Assembly (NCBI GenBank): GCA_040883315.1
Contig: JBFLKU010000029.1
Coordinates: 1-64,000, forward strand
Length of the DNA: 64,000 bases
From: Eubacteriales bacterium
GTDB taxonomy: Bacteria > Bacillota > Clostridia > Christensenellales > UMGS416
Direction of reading: 5' to 3'
Positions within the stretch are counted from its first letter, which is position 1, and each line of letters opens with the position of its first letter. The position numbers were made by a program, and so were the translations under genes. Positions 27,387 through 37,209 of the stretch are shown here, one piece after another. The notes below the pieces were generated by a model. The model was not told where the DNA came from. It saw only the letters and a program-made list of their open reading frames with translations, and made no database searches.

Positions 27387-27950
27387 TCACCTATCATTTC
27401 GCTTTACTAGCCCATAAAAGTAAATCTCTCTAAGCTGAGTCTGCATTTGGGCATTGTTTTCAAATAGTTTCTTTTCATACGCTTCTTTTGCAAACTCATT
27501 GAATTTTTGGGTTACATACCAAATTACCTCAGTTGATAAATCAGGATTAATCTCGCCTTTTTCCTGGGCTTTTTTTATGTTGCTCAGATATCTGTTTTTT
27601 ATTGCTTCCTGCTGATTATGAATATATTCCAAATCCATAATGTCGTTCATAAATTCTTCCGTCATCGAGGATGCAAATTCAATTCGCCATGCCGTTGTCA
27701 AATCTATTTTTTCCATGAAGGATATATCGCGTTTATTAATCTCATCAAATTTTGCAAAGCCTTCCTCTGTAAGCTGGTCTCTTATCTGAACTGCTAGCTC
27801 TGTCTTGTTCTTGAAAAATTTATAGAAAGTCATCTTGCTTACATTGGATTCTGTGCATATTTCCTCCACAGTTACACGCTTGACACCATATTTAAAAAAT
27901 AATCTTTTTGCAGTATCTACAAGCGAATTATATTTTTCAGAATTCTCCAT
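27387..27950 (-). CDS. TetR/AcrR family transcriptional regulator
   Basis: 'VTVEEICTESNVSKMTFYKFFKNKTEL'. Confidence 0.85.
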   Translation of the reverse strand: MENSEKYNSLVDTAKRLFFKYGVKRVTVEEICTESNVSKMTFYKFFKNKTELAVQIRDQLTEEGFAKFDEINKRDISFMEKIDLTTAWRIEFASSMTEEFMNDIMDLEYIHNQQEAIKNRYLSNIKKAQEKGEINPDLSTEVIWYVTQKFNEFAKEAYEKKLFENNAQMQTQLREIYFYGLVKRNDR

Positions 27951-28161
27951 GATTGCTCCTTTTGTTTACGTTTTTATATTTACTTTACGTTATTTGTTCT
28001 AATATTATATTATCGTAAGGTAAATGTCAATATTTATTTTAACAAACCTTATATGGCATCTAACTGAGTGAGTAAACTTCGCCTATAGATAAACTTTACA
28101 TATAATATCGTTTTTCATTTTGCTAGGCTATAACTGCAGCACAATACAGGGCGTGAGCGAA

Positions 28162-29163
28162 ATGGAACAGGAAATATCAAACAAAAACTATATCAGCAAA
28201 TCTAAATATGCATATGTTACATTCATCATCATCAACGACAGCTTTCTGCCGGGTGCTCTGATGTTTGCATATGGGCTGCGACAGCAAAAGACCGCCGCCA
28301 GCATAGTATGCCTAGTCAGTGGAAAGGTATCTCCCCAATGCGTGGAGGCACTTCATGCGATTTTTGACAAGGTGATAAATACAGACGAGGTGTATGTGCA
28401 CCACAGAATGGGGCACGAGAGACAGGACAGACCATTTTTATTTTCTCGCTTCAATGCACTGCGTCTGGGCAAGGACGGCGACCTTCGGCAGGGCTACAAA
28501 AAAATAGTAGTATGCGACGCCGACCTTATGCCCATTAAGGACTATGACAGTTTATTTTCGCTGGATGTGCCTGCAGGCATAATAAACGAGAAAAAGCAAA
28601 ATTGTGTGCAGAGCAAAGACAGAAAATACACTGTGGAGGACGCACAGAGCGGCAAATGGTGCTGGCATAGAAACTACGGCAGCATTTGCCCCCACGGACA
28701 GAAAATACCTATGCATATCACAAACCGCGTGAAAAGCGACTACGAAAACATGGGGGTTAATTCATCTTTGTGGGTTCTGGAGCCATCTATAGTGGAATAT
28801 GAAATGATAATGGATGAGATAGCAAAACCGGAAACACGTGATATGATAAGCAAATTCAAATGGCCGGAGATGCAGTACGCCACTTTGCGATGGAGCGGGC
28901 TGTGGACAAGCGTGGACATAAAATACAGCAGCTTCAACGGATACCCGAATATAGAATCATTGTGCGGCACTCACTATGCAGGCACAAAGCCATGGAGATA
29001 CAAGGACAAAAAGCAGCTGAAGCATTTCTTTTCCTATCCGGATTATTATATGTGGTACATGAAATATATACAGATGATGTGCGAATACAACGCACTTTTC
29101 CAATGCAGAAAGCTAAGTGCCCTGTACAAGGACATAGTTGATATATTCGAAAATTTGGCATGA
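28162..29163 (+). CDS. Glycosyltransferase family 8 (glycogenin-like) protein
   Basis: 'YAYVTF..NDSFLPGALMFAYGL' and DxD 'VVCDADLM'. ATG 28162 is preferred; the track starts at TTG 28120. Confidence 0.65.
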   Translation: MEQEISNKNYISKSKYAYVTFIIINDSFLPGALMFAYGLRQQKTAASIVCLVSGKVSPQCVEALHAIFDKVINTDEVYVHHRMGHERQDRPFLFSRFNALRLGKDGDLRQGYKKIVVCDADLMPIKDYDSLFSLDVPAGIINEKKQNCVQSKDRKYTVEDAQSGKWCWHRNYGSICPHGQKIPMHITNRVKSDYENMGVNSSLWVLEPSIVEYEMIMDEIAKPETRDMISKFKWPEMQYATLRWSGLWTSVDIKYSSFNGYPNIESLCGTHYAGTKPWRYKDKKQLKHFFSYPDYYMWYMKYIQMMCEYNALFQCRKLSALYKDIVDIFENLA

Positions 29164-29164
29164 A

Positions 29165-29189
29165 AAAAGGGGCTATGCAGCCCCTTTTA
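29165..29189. terminator. Bidirectional intrinsic terminator
   Basis: AAGGGGC-tatgca-GCCCCTT then TTT. Lies between convergent genes. Confidence 0.7.
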
Positions 29190-29199
29190 GTATTTCCTA

Positions 29200-30174
29200 T
29201 TATTGTACACTATTTATAAAATCGAAAATCGCTTTTGCAACTTCATCCGGCATCTCGTAGTCTTCAAGTACTGTGTAGAAATAAACATCTACATAATAGT
29301 GCTCTGTTTCGCCGAATACGCCATATACATATGATCCGTCTCCTGAATCAAACTCATATATAAATGCATATCCTGCTTCATCTGCAATTGTGATGTCGCC
29401 ATAATATGAATACTCAGGATACTCTGAGTATGTATCCAGCAGTGTTGTCATGTCGTTGGCGTATTCGTCGCTAGACTCTAGAACATCAATATAGAAATCA
29501 TAGCCGCCGAAGCCAAATTCCACGCCGTAGCCCCATTCTTGTACGCCGTTTTGGTCTCCTACTTCGGCCCATTGGTCTGATAGCTCAACCTTCAGCATAT
29601 TGGAATACATTTCTTCTTTTGTATATACCATGCCTGAGTCTCCGGTGATTTTAACAGAGTTTGTCATGTCGTGCAGCAGCTGCAGATCATCATCTGAAAT
29701 ATAGGTATTTATGCCGACACTTTCCTCCATATACTTATATGTATCAACTGTTAAAAATTCATTATCCAGCTCAAATATGCTGAATAGTCCGGAATAGTAG
29801 TAGTGAATGTTGTCTAAGCCTGTTGAAAGCGTACGATACTGAACCTGATAAACATCTACACCGTCTATAACCATTTTATCAGTCTTCACTATGTCCTCTG
29901 CAAGGAACAGGTATGTTGCCAAGATGTTCATCATTGTTTCGCTGTCGAAGCTAAACTCTTTAGGATAGTAATGATATGCTATGTACATATCCTTGCTATC
30001 GATATAGTATGCATTGTCTTGGTCTTCTAGTTCCATGTAGGTGCTTGGAATCTCGATGCTGAAACTGCCTGTATCTACAACAGCTGTAGATGCCAATATT
30101 TCCTCTAGCATAGAGCATGCTGTGGCAGAAAAAAGCATGGATAAAATCATCAAAAGCAAAATAATTTTCTTCAT
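29200..30174 (-). CDS. Lipoprotein of unknown function (member of a secreted paralog family)
   Basis: Signal peptide plus lipobox 'FSATAC'. Asp/Glu/Tyr-rich. Shares the 'HYYYSG.F..FEL...F...D.Y' motif with 41080-44322. Start ATG 30174 (GGAGA RBS). Confidence 0.65.
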   Translation of the reverse strand: MKKIILLLMILSMLFSATACSMLEEILASTAVVDTGSFSIEIPSTYMELEDQDNAYYIDSKDMYIAYHYYPKEFSFDSETMMNILATYLFLAEDIVKTDKMVIDGVDVYQVQYRTLSTGLDNIHYYYSGLFSIFELDNEFLTVDTYKYMEESVGINTYISDDDLQLLHDMTNSVKITGDSGMVYTKEEMYSNMLKVELSDQWAEVGDQNGVQEWGYGVEFGFGGYDFYIDVLESSDEYANDMTTLLDTYSEYPEYSYYGDITIADEAGYAFIYEFDSGDGSYVYGVFGETEHYYVDVYFYTVLEDYEMPDEVAKAIFDFINSVQ

Positions 30175-30515
30175 AATATTCTCCTCAAAAGTTGTTTGTA
30201 TTTTATTTATATTCAAGTTTATCATTTGGCTATTTCTATGTCAAAGGGAAAATTACAATTATAAAATTTTATTTCTCTAAGTTTTTGTTTAAAAAAACAA
30301 TACTTGTTCACACTTTATTCATATTTCTTTCGTAAAAATGAGAAATATAAGTATTATTATCTTGTTATAGGAAAAACAAGTGATAACCAGCTCTAATTTT
30401 CTTCCGTGATGTAGTTTGTATCTTTCACACTATCAATAAATAACTCTATAATCTATCTCATATGATATGAACTACATTTATATATTAAAAGCGAGAATTA
30501 TTTCTCGCTTTTTGC

Positions 30516-30953
30516 TTATGATTCCAGTGCCTCGTTCAGCTGGGCTATTCGCTTTTTCTGAACACTATATATTATTATATATATCATCACATAAAGGAAA
30601 AAATATATTCCCCCATATATTAGAATTGCCTGAAGTTTGAAAGGAATCCAATTCGCTATTACTGCACAGGTGAGATGGCTGGTTATTGTTATTAAAAAGT
30701 GCAGAATAGTTTGGGTTCTAAGGCTCCACTTTTCCACGTCCCATATCACAGAGGATGCCCCGAATATGGCACCGATAAACATAGAAACAATATAGCTGAC
30801 AGTATAGAAGCTCAGCCTGTATTCAGCAGGAGCCGGCAGCCCGTTTTGATCCTTCATAATATATGCTATAACCAATGCAAATGTTGCCCCTATTGCTATG
30901 CCGATAGGCACACCATATGCTGCTCTTTTAATAATTTCTTTTTTATAATTCAT
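30516..30953 (-). CDS. DUF3021-family membrane protein
   Basis: 4-TM small protein, translationally coupled to the upstream LytTR regulator. This is the known pairing. Confidence 0.6.
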   Translation of the reverse strand: MNYKKEIIKRAAYGVPIGIAIGATFALVIAYIMKDQNGLPAPAEYRLSFYTVSYIVSMFIGAIFGASSVIWDVEKWSLRTQTILHFLITITSHLTCAVIANWIPFKLQAILIYGGIYFFLYVMIYIIIYSVQKKRIAQLNEALES

Positions 30954-30954
30954 A

Positions 30955-31434
30955 TTACACTCCAATCCCAAGATATTCCTTGATATTCTTCACTGACCTT
31001 CGGGATGCAAACTCCGCTGTGCCGTCCTTGAAAACCACGCTCAATGAGCCGTCTCCATCCATCTTCAGCTTTCGTATCAGCTTACCATTGGCGATGGATG
31101 AATTCGCTATTCTTATGAAGCCCATGCCTTTGTAGCTTTCTTCCAGCTCATAGAGCCTCTCTTTTAAATAATATTTCTCTCCGTTCAAAAGCCTGACAAA
31201 CACCTTTTTACCCTCTGTATATATCAGCACTATTTCCTGCGGCTTTATCAGGGCTATCTCTTCCTTGCGGTATCCTATCAAAACATCAGGCTCCTCTTCG
31301 TGAAGATAGTCTATTGCCTTTTGTATTTTGCTCGTAAGCTTGCCTACGTGAAAATCAACCACATCTTCTTTTATGGATTCATCTATCTTTACATTTATCT
31401 TCACTTCATCCTCCGAATTATTGTGATCTCTCAC
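30955..31434 (-). CDS. LytTR-family DNA-binding protein
   Basis: 'KVFVRLLNGEKYYLKERLYELEES...FIRIANSSIAN' LytTR domain. Confidence 0.8.
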   Translation of the reverse strand: MRDHNNSEDEVKINVKIDESIKEDVVDFHVGKLTSKIQKAIDYLHEEEPDVLIGYRKEEIALIKPQEIVLIYTEGKKVFVRLLNGEKYYLKERLYELEESYKGMGFIRIANSSIANGKLIRKLKMDGDGSLSVVFKDGTAEFASRRSVKNIKEYLGIGV

Positions 31435-31640
31435 ATCTTTATTATATATTACTAAAAATTATTTTAAATAGCAATCGGCTATTCGGGCACTATTGGGGCA
31501 TAGACGGCAATAAAAATTGATTATATATCTCATTGATTGTCAAAATGCCGCCCGGCAACAAATTCACATATTACTTTTTAGTAGATTATATCATAAACCA
31601 CCATAAAATTGCTTTCATTCAGTCTAGTATTTGAAGACAT

Positions 31641-31668
31641 GAAAAAACACCGAGCATCCTCGGTGTTT
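31641..31668 (-). terminator. Intrinsic terminator for hsp20
   Basis: ACACCGAG-gatgc-TCGGTGT followed by T-run on the minus strand. Confidence 0.6.
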
Positions 31669-31682
31669 AGCAGCATATTCGA

Positions 31683-32129
31683 TTAGTTAATATCTATTTG
31701 TTTCACTTTTTCTGTTTCTTCGATTTTGGGAATAGTGATTTTCAGCACGCCGTCTTCCAGCTTTGCGCTCACTTCATCCTGCTTCACATCGCCTAGGTAT
31801 ACATTCCTTGTCATTGAAACAGTCTTTCTTTCCTTATGGATGTAGTTCTTTTTCTCTTCATCCACTTTCTCTTCTCTTTTCACTTGAATGCAAAGAGTGT
31901 TTTCCCTCAACTCTACGCTGATTTCCTTTTTATCGACACCTGGCATGTCAGCCTCAATCAGGTAGTTTTCTCCGTCGTCTTGTACATCAATTTTGAATGT
32001 GTCTCTGGATAAATCTCTGGCTGGTGACCATATATCGCTAAAAAAGTCGTCGAGCATATTATTGAAATGATTGAGTTCTGCAGGTACTATTCTTCTGCTT
32101 CCACGGTTAAAAGGTATCATGTTTGTCAT
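31683..32129 (-). CDS. Hsp20/alpha-crystallin family small heat-shock protein
   Basis: ACD domain 'FKIDVQDDGENYLIEADMPGVDKKEISVELRENTL'. AAGGAG 9 nt before ATG 32129 (track ORF extends to 32207). Confidence 0.85.
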   Translation of the reverse strand: MTNMIPFNRGSRRIVPAELNHFNNMLDDFFSDIWSPARDLSRDTFKIDVQDDGENYLIEADMPGVDKKEISVELRENTLCIQVKREEKVDEEKKNYIHKERKTVSMTRNVYLGDVKQDEVSAKLEDGVLKITIPKIEETEKVKQIDIN

Positions 32130-32158
32130 ATTATTCAACTCCTTTTTTAATCTTTTTG

Positions 32159-32185
32159 TTAGCACTCTCACTAGGTGAGTGCCAA
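32159..32185. promoter_or_regulatory. CIRCE-like inverted repeat (HrcA operator-like) TTAGCACTC-N9-GAGTGCcAA
   Basis: 8/9 plus 9/9 match to CIRCE consensus TTAGCACTC-N9-GAGTGCTAA. Located between the -10 and the RBS of hsp20. Confidence 0.55.
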
Positions 32186-32195
32186 CCACAACTAT

Positions 32196-32223
32196 ATTAT
32201 ACTCCATTTAGGTGCTGTGTCAA
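32196..32223 (-). promoter_or_regulatory. Sigma-70-type promoter TTGACA-16-TATAAT for hsp20
   Basis: Consensus hexamers on the minus strand. CIRCE-like element starts about 10 nt downstream. Confidence 0.5.
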
Positions 32224-32271
32224 GGATTTTTGCAAAAATATTTGCATATTTTTAGATTTTTTTGCATCATA

Positions 32272-32300
32272 AAAGCCCTATGTAAATCATAGGGCTTTTA
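32272..32300. terminator. Bidirectional intrinsic terminator
   Basis: AAAAGCCCTAT-gtaaatc-ATAGGGCTTTT. Confidence 0.65.
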
Positions 32301-32335
32301 GTCGATTTTAGAAAGAAAAAGAATTTAGCTATTTA

Positions 32336-32719
32336 TTACTTCACGCTTGTTCTCCACAAGCCGTGCAGGTTGCAGTATGAATATACGTCTGCTTCGCCTT
32401 TTGCACAGAATGTAGCTGCTGGTTTGTCGCCTGGTTTCAGGTGAAAACGCTCTACATGATTATCCTGAACCACTTCAATCCATTGGATGAAATGCTCGTC
32501 TGTCATTGGATGCTCCACTTCGCCTACTGTCACTTTCAGTTGGTCGCCCACTCTCTCCACCTTTGGCAGATGCTTTTCTACACCTGTGTCAGATGTCTTA
32601 ATTTCCAGTTCCACCATTTCTTCGCCGCAGCAGACAATGTCTACTCCGCTGTCATAAAGTTTTGTTGCAATATTGCCGCAGTGTGGGCAGTACAAAAATT
32701 TTACATCTTCTTTTTTCAT
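32336..32719 (-). CDS. dfx: Desulfoferrodoxin (superoxide reductase, 2Fe-SOR)
   Basis: N-terminal desulforedoxin 'CPHCGN...CCGEEM'. SOR centre 'EKHLP', 'H..WIE', 'C..HGLW'. Confidence 0.85.
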   Translation of the reverse strand: MKKEDVKFLYCPHCGNIATKLYDSGVDIVCCGEEMVELEIKTSDTGVEKHLPKVERVGDQLKVTVGEVEHPMTDEHFIQWIEVVQDNHVERFHLKPGDKPAATFCAKGEADVYSYCNLHGLWRTSVK

Positions 32720-32952
32720 TGTTTTACCTCTTTTTTATTTTATTTATAATAGATAATACTATTTTGCTTTTTTGAAACATATAAGCCTTTTCAGGCAATA
32801 TGCAAAAAAATTGAATCTTACGGAAGTTTGATTAATTGATTGTCTCTATTATTCCATATAATTATGAATAAAAATGTAATAATGTTACATAAGTGTGTTC
32901 CAACTAACTCGTGAAGGTAATAAAGCTCTGAAAAGCATAAATTTGCTCTACT

Positions 32953-32977
32953 AAAAAACAGCCCAATGGGCTGTTTT
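32953..32977. terminator. Intrinsic terminator (bidirectional hairpin)
   Basis: AAAACAGCCC-aat-GGGCTGTTTT. Confidence 0.6.
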
Positions 32978-32983
32978 TATTAA

Positions 32984-33838
32984 TTAACTATTTGATTCAT
33001 CATCATGCAGCATATCGCTCCATCTGGCTTGCAGCTTCTGTTTATCTTTTTCTTCTAAAACCGGACGTCTAACCATATACATTTTATTAATATATACAAT
33101 TATAAAAGCTGATACTATCCCAATTAGCGCCAATACTGCCAGAGCAATAACAACAATCAAAATCACATTACCAGTATTTATTCCAATGAAATAATGTTGG
33201 TTATCATTTTTCACCATAAAATATCCTATTAGACATCCTATAGTGAAAAATATAAATTGAATCAAAGACACTTTTAAGAAATTCTTAATACCTATTCTAA
33301 AGGCATTTTTTAGACCCTTCCCAAAATTCTCTTCTACCACAACCGTTACTGAGGCGATCGATAAATAAGAATAGCATATAATTGTAGATACTAAAAATAC
33401 CGTGCCCAGCACTATATAGGCAGCAATAGAACCTCCGCCACTAAACATTAACATCAAAAATATCATAAACGCAATAAAATAAACTATATAGTATGGTAGC
33501 AACACTATAATACTGGTAACAAATATTTTCCACCAGTTCTTTTTAAGCCCGCGACTAATCCATCCTTTTTCCGCACTGACATTTTTAGCTACTTCATATA
33601 TATAATTATATAAAACCGGAAAATAAATGAACTGTGCAAAGAACGCACAAAGAATGAACAAAAATCTCGATGCAGAAGTACTAAACAAAGCATTAATGTC
33701 GACATATGAAAATGAATTAAGCATAGGTTGATTTATAATTACCGGAATGTAGCAAAGCAATAATAATATTATAGGAATGATACATCCTAATATAATCATT
33801 GGATTTTTAAGAACTGTTTTAATTGAATCTTTTAGCAT
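32984..33838 (-). CDS. Hypothetical polytopic membrane protein
   Basis: 7 TM. Similar architecture to 21570-22427. Confidence 0.55.
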   Translation of the reverse strand: MLKDSIKTVLKNPMIILGCIIPIILLLLCYIPVIINQPMLNSFSYVDINALFSTSASRFLFILCAFFAQFIYFPVLYNYIYEVAKNVSAEKGWISRGLKKNWWKIFVTSIIVLLPYYIVYFIAFMIFLMLMFSGGGSIAAYIVLGTVFLVSTIICYSYLSIASVTVVVEENFGKGLKNAFRIGIKNFLKVSLIQFIFFTIGCLIGYFMVKNDNQHYFIGINTGNVILIVVIALAVLALIGIVSAFIIVYINKMYMVRRPVLEEKDKQKLQARWSDMLHDDESNS

Positions 33839-33921
33839 AAATTACCTCGAAAAAATATTTTTATCATTATATCATATTTTCCAGTATTAAGCAGTATTAT
33901 TCTGGAAATATCTATATCTTA

Positions 33922-34431
33922 TTATTGCAGTATATTGTCATTTGTTTGGTCAAAGAAAAATGTATCCGTTTTGTAATATGACTGAAGCAAATTTTCTATT
34001 TCCGGTCTTTTGTCAAATTTTATAGATATTGTTTCTTCGCTGTATTGCTCCTGAACATACAGCACAGTTTTAGAAATATGTATGTCTTGCCCTCTCTTTG
34101 TGCTCACCCAGCAGTCGCTGCCCTTTCCTTTTATGCTGTCCCAAGCATACTGGGTCTTTTTAAAATATCTGCATACATCTACACCATATATGCCAAATGC
34201 TATTCTATCAAAAGCGTACTTTGGTATATGATATGTCAGAAAAGCGAATCCAGCAAACAAAAACATCATGCTTAAAAACAATGGTGCAATCGCACTGATA
34301 TTGTTATCATTTTTCATCTTGATGTGAAGAAGCAGCATGCCTACCCACATTATCATCCATACAATATATAATATGAAAGCTTCTGCAGCTTCCCTTTTGT
34401 GCTGAAAAAATCTCTTTCCCATGTATTCCAC
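33922..34431 (-). CDS. Hypothetical membrane protein
   Basis: 2-3 TM plus a C-terminal soluble domain. Confidence 0.45.
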   Translation of the reverse strand: MEYMGKRFFQHKREAAEAFILYIVWMIMWVGMLLLHIKMKNDNNISAIAPLFLSMMFLFAGFAFLTYHIPKYAFDRIAFGIYGVDVCRYFKKTQYAWDSIKGKGSDCWVSTKRGQDIHISKTVLYVQEQYSEETISIKFDKRPEIENLLQSYYKTDTFFFDQTNDNILQ

Positions 34432-34700
34432 CTTTTATTTGCATCTAATCTGTATAGTCATTTGCAGTTATAAATAAAATATATCATTATTACGAGATAA
34501 AAACATCTACCCTGTTGTATTCATCATGCCTTCTATCTATAATCAAACCCATGCAATTATATCATATTTTTCCCATATTATGCAATGCAAGTAATTTGAT
34601 GAATATTCAGAAAAGCAAGCTGAAATAGATATTTCAAAACAACAGCAAACTCATACTAACATTAATTTAGCTTTATTTTTTATATAATTATAATTTATAC

Positions 34701-34730
34701 TTGACAATGGTGTATGTCATACACTATAAT
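34701..34730 (+). promoter_or_regulatory. Promoter TTGACA-18-TATAAT with embedded palindrome GTGTATGtCATACAC (candidate PadR operator)
   Basis: Perfect 7-bp arms in the spacer. 20 nt upstream of the PadR RBS. Confidence 0.45.
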
Positions 34731-34750
34731 AGCATCAAGAGGTGATATAA

Positions 34751-35080
34751 ATGGATAAAAACCCAATTGAAAGCTTGATGCAGGAGCTAAAAAGAGGCAC
34801 TTTGGTGCTAGGGGTGCTTTCCCAGCTGAAAGAGCCGCTATACGGATATTCGCTGGTCAGCTCTCTTAGCGAAAAGGGAATGGAAATTGACAAAAACACC
34901 CTCTACCCTCTGCTTAGGAGGCTGGAGAGCCAAGAGCTTCTAATCAGCGAATGGAACGTGGAGGAGAGCCGTCCACGCAGATATTATAAGCTAAGCGACA
35001 AAGGACACAGCGTTTTAAAAGAGCTGGCTGTGGAGTGGGAGAACCTAAACGACACGATTAAAAAACTATTGGAGGATTAA
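34751..35080 (+). CDS. PadR-family transcriptional regulator
   Basis: 'LYGYSLVSSL...LYPLLRRLESQELLISEW...RRYYKLSDKG'. Confidence 0.85.
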   Translation: MDKNPIESLMQELKRGTLVLGVLSQLKEPLYGYSLVSSLSEKGMEIDKNTLYPLLRRLESQELLISEWNVEESRPRRYYKLSDKGHSVLKELAVEWENLNDTIKKLLED

Positions 35081-35081
35081 A

Positions 35082-36104
35082 ATGGATTTGATTAAAAAGT
35101 ATATTTATGCCATTCAAAGAAGACTGCCGGCGCAGAACAAGGATGACATAGCAAAGGAAATTAATTCGCTGATATTCGACGAACTGGAAGGCAAATTCGG
35201 CAAGAAGGACGAATACACAGCAGAAGAGATTGAAAAAGTGATAAAGGAAATGGGGCACCCAAGCCAAGTAGCAGCCAGATACAGAGGCGACAAACAGCTA
35301 CTGATAGGACCAGAGCTATACCCAGTGTACAAAATGGTTCTGGCAATAACAGGTGGATTCACAGCACTAGGGCTGGTAATCAGCTTTATAGTAAATGTGA
35401 TAGAACAGGCAGTAGAAAAAGGTGCAACACTGGGGTTATTTATTTCCAACTTTGCAAATCTACTTTCAGGTGTATTTTCATCACTTTTAGGCATAGTAGG
35501 ATTTATAACTATAATATTTGCTTTAGTGCAATACTACGGCAAATTCGAAAAAGATAGCATAGACATGTACGAGGACTGGAAGCCAAAAGACCTGCCGGAT
35601 CTGCCGGAGCAAAGAGACAGAGTAAAAAGAATTGAACCAATACTAGGAATGTTCTTCATCACTGTTGGCTTCGTACTGCTAAACTACTATGTAATAGACG
35701 GCAACCTACCTATGACGATAAAAACGAATGAAAGCATAACTGTGCTGCCAATATTTAGCCTAGATGCACTTCGCCAATATCTGCCGCTGTGGAATCTATC
35801 GCTGATTTCATCCTTTGCACTGCAGGTGGTTCTGCTGGTTCGCGGCAAATGGACACTAGGCGAAAGACTATTCGAGCTGTCTATAGCACTGCTTGGCATA
35901 GTGATTACAGCCACCATGATAAACGGACCTATGATAATATCTACAGTAGAGATGGTGAAAGAATTCGGTGCCGCAGAATGGATAAGCACACTGGAACAAT
36001 ACTACTATACAGTGCTGAAAGTATTTTTGGGATTTGGAATATTTGGTGTTGTAGTTAATGTAATAAAAATAATTGTGCAGCAGGCACGCAAGGCAAATGT
36101 ATAA
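35082..36104 (+). CDS. DUF1700 (HAAS-type) membrane protein partner of PadR
   Basis: N-terminal soluble 'YI..I.RRLP...' domain then a polytopic region. Adjacent to and coupled with PadR. Confidence 0.6.
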   Translation: MDLIKKYIYAIQRRLPAQNKDDIAKEINSLIFDELEGKFGKKDEYTAEEIEKVIKEMGHPSQVAARYRGDKQLLIGPELYPVYKMVLAITGGFTALGLVISFIVNVIEQAVEKGATLGLFISNFANLLSGVFSSLLGIVGFITIIFALVQYYGKFEKDSIDMYEDWKPKDLPDLPEQRDRVKRIEPILGMFFITVGFVLLNYYVIDGNLPMTIKTNESITVLPIFSLDALRQYLPLWNLSLISSFALQVVLLVRGKWTLGERLFELSIALLGIVITATMINGPMIISTVEMVKEFGAAEWISTLEQYYYTVLKVFLGFGIFGVVVNVIKIIVQQARKANV

Positions 36105-36138
36105 TTTCGAGAAAAGCTTTGCTTTCCTCGATAGTCTT

Positions 36139-36190
36139 ACAAAGTGCAAAAAACTCAACTGCGTTTCGTGCGTTTTTGCACTTTGCGCTT
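36139..36190. terminator. Long inverted repeat (12-bp arms), probable bidirectional terminator
   Basis: AAAGTGCAAAAA...TTTTTGCACTTT between convergent genes. Confidence 0.4.
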
Positions 36191-36264
36191 TGTATGGTGC
36201 GAATGATATATTTTGTATAGAAAAACGGCAAATAATTGCCGTTTTTTAATTCTATAACACTATT

Positions 36265-36684
36265 TTATTCCTCAAACCATTCATCATCATCTACGTCATC
36301 TTCGATGTCTTCATCGTAGTCTTCCAGCACATATGCATCCTTGGATTCCAGCACTTCCATTGCCTCATCGAAATCTTCATCGCTTACAAATATCACTCTT
36401 TCTACTTCCAGCTTGTGGGTGTATGTGCTCTTTAGCAGCTGCCCGCCCTTGGTGCGCACACGGAAAGGTATATCCATCTCATCCAGCATGGATGCCACGT
36501 ACATAAACTCTATGTTGTCTGTAAAGGTCTCCAGAACCACTTCATTTTTCAAAGGCTCTGTCACTGGTTTTTCTTCTTCGCTCTCTTGCTCCACTGGCAG
36601 CACATCCACCAAATCCACATCGCAGTCTGCACACTTTGTGAAGCCTTCTCTGTATTCATCTTTGCATTTTGGACAATATGGCAT
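36265..36684 (-). CDS. Zinc-ribbon plus DUF2007-like small acidic protein (tandem paralog 1)
   Basis: N-terminal 'MPYCPKCKDEYREGFTKCADCD'. Acidic C-terminal tail. Confidence 0.5.
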   Translation of the reverse strand: MPYCPKCKDEYREGFTKCADCDVDLVDVLPVEQESEEEKPVTEPLKNEVVLETFTDNIEFMYVASMLDEMDIPFRVRTKGGQLLKSTYTHKLEVERVIFVSDEDFDEAMEVLESKDAYVLEDYDEDIEDDVDDDEWFEE

Positions 36685-36698
36685 AAAATCACTTCCTT

Positions 36699-37142
36699 CT
36701 ATTCAGGGTTGTTTTCCTGTATTTCAGCGTAAACGGATTCCACTATTTCTTTGGCTTTTTCCAAATTTTTGCCGTCCACAAATATGGTTTTGCCCATATA
36801 GCTAGTGCCAAAATAGATGGCAAGATAGTTGCCAATGTCCCTTTCCATAATACGATACGGAATATTTTCATTTTCCAGCTCGGATGTGATATAGACAAGC
36901 TCCACTTGATTATCAACAGTAGTTAGTGCCACTTCATCGGAAAGGCTTGGCTGAGGTTTCACTTTCCCGGCTTCCTCTTTCTGCACTTCTACCTCATATT
37001 CGTTCATCTCCGGATACTTATCTGCATAGTCTATCGGCACTTCTCCGTCTGCAGGCAGCTCGCCCACCAAAATAGTGTCGCAGTCTTCGCATACTGTAAA
37101 GCCGTCTCTATATTCACTTCTGCATTTTGGACAATATGGCAT
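36699..37142 (-). CDS. Zinc-ribbon plus DUF2007-like protein (tandem paralog 2)
   Basis: N-terminal 'MPYCPKCRSEYRDGFTVCEDCD'. Confidence 0.5.
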   Translation of the reverse strand: MPYCPKCRSEYRDGFTVCEDCDTILVGELPADGEVPIDYADKYPEMNEYEVEVQKEEAGKVKPQPSLSDEVALTTVDNQVELVYITSELENENIPYRIMERDIGNYLAIYFGTSYMGKTIFVDGKNLEKAKEIVESVYAEIQENNPE

Positions 37143-37209
37143 AAAACCAACCCCTTTACTTGTTGTTTAGCTTACCATATTATATTTATTTTTACAATGA
37201 TTTTATAGC

